Assembly (NCBI GenBank): GCA_964466035.1
Contig: CAYXLR010000006.1
Location: 28,918-92,917, forward strand
Direction: 5' to 3'
From: an uncultured Thermotogae bacterium
Lineage (GTDB): Bacteria > Bipolaricaulota > Bipolaricaulia > UBA7950 > UBA9294
DNA length: 64,000 nt
The position numbers and the translations under genes were made by a program. How positions within the stretch are numbered: position 1 is the stretch's first letter; the number at the start of each line of letters is the position of its first letter. Shown in pieces: positions 55,456-62,455 of the stretch. The notes under the pieces are model-generated. The model saw only the letters and a list, made by a program, of their open reading frames with translations, did no database searches and had not been told where the DNA came from.

Positions 55456-55703
55456 TCACCGCAGAGGACGCAGAGAGACGCAGAGAGAAGCCCTGGGAAG
55501 AGGATCACCATGAAGGACATGAAGGGGAGAACCACACCCATCCTCTCGCAGAGGCGCGGAGAACGCTGAGAAAAGCTCAGGAGGGTTCTTCCCTCTCCCC
55601 TAGCGGGAGAGGGTCAGGGTGAGGAGGTCTGGCGACCTTCGGCGGCGAGTCATCATCTTCTATCCTCTTGTACGGTCAGATGCTGACTCTGCGCTCTCCG
55701 CGG
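55456..55703. repeat. Composite REP-like repeat, copy A (left boundary of the island)
   Basis: Modules CCGCAGAGGACGCAGAG, CACCATGAAGGACATGAAG, CGCAGAGGCGCGGAGAACGCTGAG, hairpin CCCTCTCCC-N5-GGGAGAGGG-TCAGGGTGAGG, and inverted arm CTCTGCGCTCTCCGCGG; collinear with copy B at offset 2629-2630. Confidence 0.9.
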
Positions 55704-55918
55704 ACATGCCGTTGCGTTATTCGCTCTCCATCGGCAGGATGGAAAGGGCGCAAGTCCGCAGTGCCGAGGGGATGAGTCGAGCGAGGGCACACGATCGGCA
55801 GCATTCGGTGGATGGGTCTCCAGCAGGGTAACCGACTGGCAGTGCGAGAACTTCTCTCTCCAGTAGCCACGGACTGTCCCTGGGAGCCGCAGACGAGCCG
55901 CGGCACGCTGTACTCCCC

Positions 55919-55947
55919 TTGACATAGAGGTTTTCTTCAGGTATTAT
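55919..55947 (+). promoter_or_regulatory. Strong sigma70-type promoter of the peptide/C39 cassette
   Basis: TTGACA-17 nt-TATTAT. Confidence 0.75.
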
Positions 55948-55973
55948 ACGATATCTCATGCAGCAAGGGGGTA

Positions 55974-56348
55974 GTGATGCTCCGACTGCGGTTCATCCTT
56001 GTGTGTCTGTTGGTTTGTGCCTGTGCGATTCCGCTCAGGGTAGCCGCAACTTCTGATCCCGTCCTCGCGGGCGAGCCCTTCTCTGTGCCGCTGCCGGCCG
56101 GACGAGAGCTCGCCGACGATGAACTTCTCGAAGTCGAGGGAGAGCTCGTCTGGTTCGTCGGACTTCTCATCATCGCTGTCGCATCAGGAGTGGGTGCCGG
56201 AGGCGGTATGGCCGTCCATGAGAACTGGTTCGATGAGGACTACGGCATCGACGGCGACGATTGGGGAAACATAGGACTGGTTGCGGGCTGCACCTTCGGC
56301 GGAGTCTTGACTGGTGGCATTGCCACACACTACGTCGGGCCGATGTAG
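55974..56348 (+). CDS. Secreted peptide precursor: signal peptide, double-glycine-like leader and Gly-rich hydrophobic core
   Basis: MLRLRFILVCLLVCACAIPLRVAA signal; ELADDELLEVEG(E) leader-like motif; core with GxxxG helices flanking an Asp-rich loop. Confidence 0.7.
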   Translation: MMLRLRFILVCLLVCACAIPLRVAATSDPVLAGEPFSVPLPAGRELADDELLEVEGELVWFVGLLIIAVASGVGAGGGMAVHENWFDEDYGIDGDDWGNIGLVAGCTFGGVLTGGIATHYVGPM

Positions 56349-56376
56349 GCTGCCGCTGCTCCTACCTTCAGACACC

Positions 56377-56610
56377 ATGGCTGATAGGAGAACACGCTTC
56401 CAACCAGGGCTGACTTCCATCTTCTCATTCGTGATCGTGGCATTCGTTTTGCCCGGAGTGTACGGTGCAATCACTGGCTCTGCTCCGCCCGCTCCGTGGC
56501 AGATGGGATCATGGGCAATCTGGATTGCATTCTGCGTGGGAGTCTTTCTGTTCGGATACGCCGTGACCAAGGTAGTACTGCGCTTGCTGGAGCGGAGGGA
56601 GCACCGATAG
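56377..56610 (+). CDS. Small two-TM membrane protein (77 aa), possible immunity or accessory factor
   Basis: Two hydrophobic segments with basic termini; lies between the precursor and the peptidase in the same orientation. Confidence 0.55.
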   Translation: MADRRTRFQPGLTSIFSFVIVAFVLPGVYGAITGSAPPAPWQMGSWAIWIAFCVGVFLFGYAVTKVVLRLLERREHR

Positions 56611-56644
56611 GTACACACCCCAGAGCGGCAATTGCTAGATAGAG

Positions 56645-57328
56645 ATGACAGCCGGAATGCGGCGGATCGCCGAGAAGGCGCAGTGGTTTCTCTGTCTTGC
56701 TGTTGTCGGTTTTGCCGGCTGCATACTACAGCATCCACAGGCTTCGGGGTCGAATGCCGCAGTGTCATTCCGCGACTTGAGGTATCAAGGCGCTATCGCG
56801 CAAACCAGCGACTACTCCTGCGGAGCGGCGGCCACGGCTTGCCTCCTCGACACGTACTATGGGATCCCCACAACGGAGGCCGAGATTCTTGAGCTGGCAG
56901 AGCGGCAGATGTCTGCTCGCGGCGAGGAGTCAGGGCTTGCGCATGGTCTCACGGCCTACGATCTGAAGACCGCATCCGAAGCTCTGGGCCTCGACATGGC
57001 AGGATACGAGCTCACACACGCTCAGCTACAGGACTACTTCGAGCGAGGCGGTCTACCCTTGATCGCACACGTGACCCAGCCGCGAGCACACTACCTTGTC
57101 GTAGTTGGGATGACCACTCAGCATGTCCTGCTATCGGATCCCGCATGGGGGCGCTACGTCGCGCCTGCACGTGAGCTCGCTGATGCCCGTGGCATGAGTG
57201 GCGTGTTCCTTGTTCCCCTGCCGACCATGGAGGAGGCTCTACACGCGCGGGGGATCCAGGCATCTGCTCTGGAATGGATGCGAAATCGAGTCCTCCAGTT
57301 GTCGGATCTACGCGAGGCCATGCTGTGA
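56645..57328 (+). CDS. Stand-alone secreted C39 cysteine peptidase (FapD-like)
   Basis: Hydrophobic N-terminal signal; SFRDLRYQGAIAQTSDYSCGAAA (Q, C), PLIAHV..AHYLVV (H), LLSDPAWG (D); no ABC or TM domains. Confidence 0.88.
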   Translation: MTAGMRRIAEKAQWFLCLAVVGFAGCILQHPQASGSNAAVSFRDLRYQGAIAQTSDYSCGAAATACLLDTYYGIPTTEAEILELAERQMSARGEESGLAHGLTAYDLKTASEALGLDMAGYELTHAQLQDYFERGGLPLIAHVTQPRAHYLVVVGMTTQHVLLSDPAWGRYVAPARELADARGMSGVFLVPLPTMEEALHARGIQASALEWMRNRVLQLSDLREAML

Positions 57329-58107
57329 GAGCCGCCGTCCTTCTCCTCCTGATAGGTCTGTCTTGGTTCGTGGTGGGAGGTGCTCAGACGCCAGCATTCG
57401 ATCCCCTCCGCCTCGCAGAAGACACCAACGAAGCACAGATCTCGTGGGACGTATCGCTGGCGTACCACCCACAAGGAAGCACCGGGGCTGGGTATGATGA
57501 CCTCGGTCAGTTCTACACGTTTGTGAGATTCATTGATCAATGGCAGTCGAGCGTTTCGATGTCCTGGTCCTTCAGCCCGTGCCACAAGCTGGGAACGGCT
57601 CTGACCCAGAGCACTACCACCCTCTACGAACGACGCCTGTACGAGTCATCCGAGTCGGAGGAAACGTATACCAGCAGAGACTTCTCGTACTCAAGCTACT
57701 ACGAGTATCGCATCGCCCCGGACAGCCCGCTCGATCCTCGTCTCCGCCTGTCATATCGATCCCCTTCGTGGTTTGGACTTGCTGCATCCGTCAGCCGGAT
57801 ACTTGATCCTGTGGTTCTGACGGCAATGGTCGGGTTTTTGCACAAGCATCAAAGACCACTCAACTGGGTCGACCTCTCGCTGAGTGCAGGATTGGTTGCA
57901 AACTCCAGAGTGACCTTCACTGTGTCCAGTGGAATGGCCGTTCCAGTACAGGATGCCGGTCTGCCGTCTGCATCGGTCGGTCTCTGCGCTCGCTACTCGC
58001 GCAATCCAAGTGGAGGTCTCCAGCTCTCTGTGCAGGCCACCCTGCACATGCAAGGGCAGTCCTCCTGGATCGCTCCGTCATTGTCGATCCGAGGGCGGCA
58101 TCCCTAG
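57325..58107 (+). CDS. Putative outer-membrane beta-barrel transporter (FapF-like)
   Basis: GTG overlaps the peptidase stop; signal peptide; alternating amphipathic strands rich in S/T/Y/W; SRILDPVVL..VGF and LSAGLVANSRVTF resemble FapF DPxVL and G-x-x-N strand motifs. Confidence 0.55.
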   Translation: MRAAVLLLLIGLSWFVVGGAQTPAFDPLRLAEDTNEAQISWDVSLAYHPQGSTGAGYDDLGQFYTFVRFIDQWQSSVSMSWSFSPCHKLGTALTQSTTTLYERRLYESSESEETYTSRDFSYSSYYEYRIAPDSPLDPRLRLSYRSPSWFGLAASVSRILDPVVLTAMVGFLHKHQRPLNWVDLSLSAGLVANSRVTFTVSSGMAVPVQDAGLPSASVGLCARYSRNPSGGLQLSVQATLHMQGQSSWIAPSLSIRGRHP

Positions 58108-58125
58108 AGAGGAACTCAGAGACCT

Positions 58126-58332
58126 CCACCATGAAGACCATCAAGGTCACGAAGAGGAAGACCAACCCCATTCTCGCGCAGAGGCGCGGAGAACGCTGAG
58201 AAAAGCTCAGAACGGTTCTGCCCTCTCCCCTGGTGGGAGAGGGTCAGGGTGAGGGGAGGAATCCTTCGACATCGAGGTGGCTTTCCCCGTATTCTCTTGT
58301 ACAGTCAGATGCTGACTCCGTGCTCTCTGTGG
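58126..58332. repeat. Composite REP-like repeat, copy B (right boundary of the island)
   Basis: 58177-58210 is identical to 55547-55580 (34 nt); 58294-58318 matches 55665-55689 at 24/25; same CCCTCTCCC/GGGAGAGGG hairpin. Confidence 0.9.
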
Positions 58333-58371
58333 CCCAGCGAGAGAAAGGACTTCGGCGTCTGGGAGGCTGAG

Positions 58372-59076
58372 GTGGAAACAACCGAGCGGGTACCGATCCA
58401 GCGTGTAGAAGGCGGGAACGTCGAGGCGGTCGACGACACGCTCGTCGCGGAGGCGAGCGTCGCGATCGCGCTCCGCGGCGACGAGCTGATCCGCGCTGTC
58501 TGCTCGCCCGGTCATCTGCGGGAATGGGCGATCGGGTACCTGTTCTCCGAGGGGTACATCACACGGCCGGACGATGTCGAAGAGATCCGTGAGAGCGACG
58601 GCGTCCTCACGATCGACCTGGTGCCCTCGGCGCCCGCGGAGCCCGCGGCGCTTCTCCCGGTGGAGAGCGACCGCTGCGCGACGCCCGAGCGGATCCTCGC
58701 CGTCGCACGCGAGGCAGTCGACAAGGCGGAGGTCTTCAAGCAGACCGGCGGGACCCACGCGGCGGCGATCGCTGACGAGTCGGGCATCGTCGCCTTCGTC
58801 GAGGACATCAGCCGCGCCTGCGCGCTCGAGAAGGCAATCGGGACCGCGCTGGAACAGCGCGCAGACTTCAGCCGCTCGCTCGCTTTCCTCTCGTCTCGCG
58901 TCCCGTCCCGGATGCTCGCGAAGCTCGCGCGGAGTGGCGTCCCGATCGTCGCCGCCGTGTCCGCTCCGACGATCGACGCCGTTCGGCTCGCCGAGGCGCT
59001 GAACGTCTGCCTCTGCGGCTTCGTCCGCGGAGAGCGACTGAACTTCTACGCCCACGGATGGAGGGTTGGGCTGTGA
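58372..59076 (+). CDS. fdhD: Formate dehydrogenase accessory sulfurtransferase FdhD
   Basis: SPGHLREWAIGYLFSEG, FKQTGGTHAAA, SAPT, CGFVRG; GTG 58372 after GGAGG. Confidence 0.88.
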   Translation: METTERVPIQRVEGGNVEAVDDTLVAEASVAIALRGDELIRAVCSPGHLREWAIGYLFSEGYITRPDDVEEIRESDGVLTIDLVPSAPAEPAALLPVESDRCATPERILAVAREAVDKAEVFKQTGGTHAAAIADESGIVAFVEDISRACALEKAIGTALEQRADFSRSLAFLSSRVPSRMLAKLARSGVPIVAAVSAPTIDAVRLAEALNVCLCGFVRGERLNFYAHGWRVGL

Positions 59077-59657
59077 ACCGCGAACCGGCGACGCTGATCG
59101 TCCTCGCCGGCGGTGAGGCGAAGCGGTTGGGCTTCCCGAAGCACCGGCTCACGGTCGCCGGGGAGCGTGTCATCGACCGGCTGTGCCGGCGCCTCGGTCC
59201 CCTGTTCGCCGAGACGATCGTCGTGGGGTGTGACCTCGACGGACTCCCGCCGGGCGTCCGCACGACCGAGGATCGATTCCTGGTCCGCAGCCCGCTCGTC
59301 GGGATCCACGCCGGCCTCGCCGCCTCGCGGACCGACCTTGCCCTTGTCACCGCCTGCGACATGCCGCACGTCGAACCCGCACTTGTGGAGTTCCTTCTCA
59401 CCCAAGCCGAAGGCGTCGACGCCGTCGTTCCCGTCGTCCGCGGCTACCACGAACCGCTCTGCGCCGTCTATCGGAGGTCCTGCATCGCTCCCATTGAGGA
59501 TCTCATCGAACGTGGCGTCCTGAAGGTCTCCACGCTGTATGATGGCGTACGTCTCCGAGAGATCGGCGAGCTGGAGGTCTGCACACATGATCCCGAGCTC
59601 CAGTCGTTTGTGAATCTGAACGTCCCAGTAGCCATTAGGCGACCTCAGAGTTCCTAG
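59073..59657 (+). CDS. mobA: Molybdenum cofactor guanylyltransferase
   Basis: LAGGEAKRLG.K, SPLVGIHAGL, ACDMP, EPLCAVY, FVNLN. Confidence 0.9.
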   Translation: MNREPATLIVLAGGEAKRLGFPKHRLTVAGERVIDRLCRRLGPLFAETIVVGCDLDGLPPGVRTTEDRFLVRSPLVGIHAGLAASRTDLALVTACDMPHVEPALVEFLLTQAEGVDAVVPVVRGYHEPLCAVYRRSCIAPIEDLIERGVLKVSTLYDGVRLREIGELEVCTHDPELQSFVNLNVPVAIRRPQSS

Positions 59658-59897
59658 GAGTAGCCTATACACAAGCGCGAACCAGAGGCCTACTCTGCCT
59701 GTTTGAAAACCTAGAATGCTTTTGAACGCCGGTGTGCAAGAAGCTTTGTGTGTGGAAACCTGAAGCTTATTGAACGGTCCGCCGTGTCGACCGTGCTCTG
59801 GTGCAGACGGGCCTTGTACTGCAGACCGAGTACATAGGCTTATGTGTCTTCGCGCTAATTCCTCCGTATAAGCCAAGAGAAGGGAAGAATCGAAGAC

Positions 59898-60308
59898 GTG
59901 GCCAGGAAGAAGGCCGAGAACGCAACCCCTTACGCAAGTGTGCGAATCGACGGTGAGCAGTACACCTGTTGGGATAACGCTCTCATCTCGAAGCTCGAAT
60001 CCGGATAAGAGGTTGACTACCAGCGGGAGCAGTCGCGCAAGTTCAAGAAGATCATCGACATCGAGCCGGCACTCGACGACTCTCACCTGTCTTCGAAGGA
60101 TCTCTGCGTCGTTCGGATGAGCGCCTTGCGATCCGCGTCGTACTCGGAGATAGGCCTGGACCTCCCCCATCGAGTAAAAACGCCGTACGGCGTTGGAGAC
60201 ACCACGGGCCTTCGGAGAACACGTCTTGTGGCCCAATCCATCTGTGTCGTGCGATTGCTGTCCATTGGGCGTTGTCCAGCTCTCTACGGGGGAGAACGCA
60301 GCCCGTAG
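59898..60308 (+). pseudogene. Probable pseudogene of a small OB-fold-like protein, in-frame TAA at 60006-60008
   Basis: GTG after AAGGGA; MARKKAENATPYASVRIDGEQYTCWDNALISKLESG*EVDYQREQSRKFKKIIDIE reads as continuous protein-like sequence across a single stop; low-GC patch. Confidence 0.45.
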
Positions 60309-60454
60309 GCCGCCGGGACCGGAGACTGTGGGACACACGCGCAGGCCCGGACGGCACGGCTCGCCAGCTTGTTCTGCCCTCGATGCATCCCTACGTGGGG
60401 CACCCGAGAACGAACAGCGAGCTCTCAGTTACGGCTGGTGCTGCCGGCATCCCA

Positions 60455-60475
60455 GTTCGAATCCCCCAGGCTCCA
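60455..60475 (+). other. tRNA-Ala/tmRNA-like 3' fragment (possible att-site scar)
   Basis: GTTCGAATCCCCCAGGCTCCA matches a T-loop, 3' T-stem and Ala-type acceptor strand, with no matching 5' T-stem upstream. Confidence 0.4.
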
Positions 60476-60718
60476 ATGCCGCCATGGGAGCAGCCAGTCA
60501 CGACTTCAGTGTGATCAAACGCGCGTCGCTCGTGCGTTCACCGTGAGGCCATCACGTACCGCTAGGCACCTTCCAGGCCCCAAAAGGCATGCCATCAGGA
60601 GCTATGCCGGTTGTCGCTCTGACCTTGCCTCCGGGCTCGAAAGAAGTGAGAATGGGCGTGGCATCCCCAAAGTGTTAAGTAATACTGAAGAAGGTCCGAC
60701 GGGAAGGCAAGGAGGACG

Positions 60719-61204
60719 ATGGAACTCCGACTAACACTGAACGGCGAACCCGTAGCTGTCGAAGTGGATCCATGCACGCGGCTGATCGACCTTCTCCGCG
60801 ACAAGCTCAACGCGAAGAGCGTCAAGGAGGGCTGCGGAGAGGGCGAGTGCGGGGCCTGTACCGTCCTTCTCGACGGCGAGCCGGCCTACGCGTGTCTGGT
60901 CCTCGCGGCCCAAGCGGACGGTTCGCGGATCACGACCGTGGAGGGCCTGTCGAAGGATGGCGAACTCCACCCCGTGCAACGTGCGTTCGCCGAGACCGGG
61001 GCCGTGCAGTGCGGGTTTTGCACGCCCGGATTCATCATCGCGACCGTCGCCCTCCTCGACAGGAATCCGCGTCCAAGCAACGACGAGATCAGAGACGCTC
61101 TCGCGGGACACCTGTGTCGCTGCACTGGGTATCGAAAGATCATGGACGCCGTCCACCGAGCGGCCGATCTGACGGCGTCGCCAAGCGTGGGAGCGGGGCG
61201 ATGA
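60719..61204 (+). CDS. Xanthine dehydrogenase/CoxS-family [2Fe-2S] small subunit
   Basis: GCGEGECGACTV..CLV, QCGFCTPG, HLCRCTGY. Confidence 0.93.
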   Translation: MELRLTLNGEPVAVEVDPCTRLIDLLRDKLNAKSVKEGCGEGECGACTVLLDGEPAYACLVLAAQADGSRITTVEGLSKDGELHPVQRAFAETGAVQCGFCTPGFIIATVALLDRNPRPSNDEIRDALAGHLCRCTGYRKIMDAVHRAADLTASPSVGAGR

Positions 61205-62046
61205 ACTACGTTCGCCCGAAGACGATCGCCAAGCTCCTCTCCGCGTTGCAGGAAGACGGCGCAGCAATCCTCTGTGGCGGGACGGACATCCTCGTCAAGA
61301 TGCGTCGCGGCTTCCTCTCGCCGCGGACGCTGGTCGACGTTTCGCGCCTCGAGGAGCTGCACGGGATCAAGGCGGTCGAAGGCGAGATCCACATCGGTGC
61401 AGCGGTTAGCGAGAACGCGATCCTGAAAAGCCCGCTCGTCGTCGAGCGGCTTCCCCTACTCGTGGAGGTGCTGAAGCGACTCGCCGCGGTCGAGATCCGA
61501 AGCCGCGGGTCACTCGGGGGAAACCTGGTCAACGCCTCGCCGGCCGCGGACAGCGCAGTTCCGCTCTTGCTCTACGAGGCACGATTGCGCCTCGTTGGAC
61601 GGGCAGGCGAGCGGTGGGCCCCCGTCCGTGAGTTCTTCGTCGGACCAGGGAGGACGGCTCTCGCGAAGGGCGAGTTCATTCGGACAATCGCCATCCCCGA
61701 TCCCCCCGCGGGAGTCCGCTCCTTCTTCCACAAGATCGGACGCCGCCGCGCCCTGAACATCTCGATCGCTTCACTCGGCGTGCTGATCCGGCTCGCCGGG
61801 GAGTCGGTCGACCTCATCCGGGTCGCAGCCGGCTCGGTCGCCCCGACGCCGCTTCGGCTCGACGAGGCAGAGCGGATCCTGCTTGGTGGGCGGTTCGACG
61901 AGGGGCGGATCCGCGAGGCGGTGCAGGCCGCCGCGCGCTCCGTCTCTCCGATCGATGACGTCCGCGCCACCGCGAGCTACCGCCGACAGGTGGTTGCAGA
62001 CCTTCTCGAGCGGTTCCTGCGGCAGGCGCAAAACGAATGGAAGTGA
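61201..62046 (+). CDS. Xanthine dehydrogenase/CoxM-family FAD-binding subunit
   Basis: LCGGTDIL, IRSRGSLGGNLVNASPAAD, KIGRRRALNIS, GSVAPTP, PIDDVRATASYR; ATG 61201. Confidence 0.92.
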   Translation: MNYVRPKTIAKLLSALQEDGAAILCGGTDILVKMRRGFLSPRTLVDVSRLEELHGIKAVEGEIHIGAAVSENAILKSPLVVERLPLLVEVLKRLAAVEIRSRGSLGGNLVNASPAADSAVPLLLYEARLRLVGRAGERWAPVREFFVGPGRTALAKGEFIRTIAIPDPPAGVRSFFHKIGRRRALNISIASLGVLIRLAGESVDLIRVAAGSVAPTPLRLDEAERILLGGRFDEGRIREAVQAAARSVSPIDDVRATASYRRQVVADLLERFLRQAQNEWK

Positions 62047-62056
62047 GGAATCGACG

Positions 62057-62446
62057 ATGGCTGTGTGGTGCGATGAGCTGGCAAAGGCGTGGGATCAGCG
62101 GAAGGGGCCGGTCGTGTTTGCGACCGCCGATGCCGACAGGCTGCCGAACGCGGTCTACGTGACATGGATCAAGCGGTTCGGCAATGCCCTCCTGCTTGCC
62201 GACAACTACTTCGACAAAACGAAAGCGAACATCTCCTCCGGGAGCCGCGGGGCGGTCGTGTTTCTGACCGCGGAGGGCACCTCGTACCAGGTGAAGGGGC
62301 CGATCGAGTACGAGACAAGCGGTCCCGCATTCGACGAGATGAAGCGGTGGCTCCCCGATCCCGAGCGGTTCCCCGGGCACGCAGCCGCCCTTCTCCACGT
62401 CGAGGAGGCATACAGCAACCGCTACGGATCGAAGCGGATTCAGTGA
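62057..62446 (+). CDS. Pyridoxamine 5'-phosphate oxidase family FMN-binding protein
   Basis: VVFATAD..PNAVY, ADNYFDKTKANI, SYQVKG. Confidence 0.85.
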   Translation: MAVWCDELAKAWDQRKGPVVFATADADRLPNAVYVTWIKRFGNALLLADNYFDKTKANISSGSRGAVVFLTAEGTSYQVKGPIEYETSGPAFDEMKRWLPDPERFPGHAAALLHVEEAYSNRYGSKRIQ

Positions 62447-62455
62447 TGCCGACGC

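Noticed and set aside
55456-55703. Short periodic repeats considered as a CRISPR array
   Set aside because: No constant repeat with unique spacers of regular length and no cas genes; better explained as REP-like modules
59046-60338. 430-aa minus-strand ORF across mobA and the low-GC gap
   Set aside because: Antisense to mobA and to the plus-strand pseudogene candidate, with no recognisable domain or RBS
60397-60475. Intact tRNA-Ala (GGGGC at 60397 can pair with GCTCC)
   Set aside because: The T-stem cannot form (CCCAG against CCCCC), there is no proper D or anticodon arm, and the length is off; only the 3' fragment is reported
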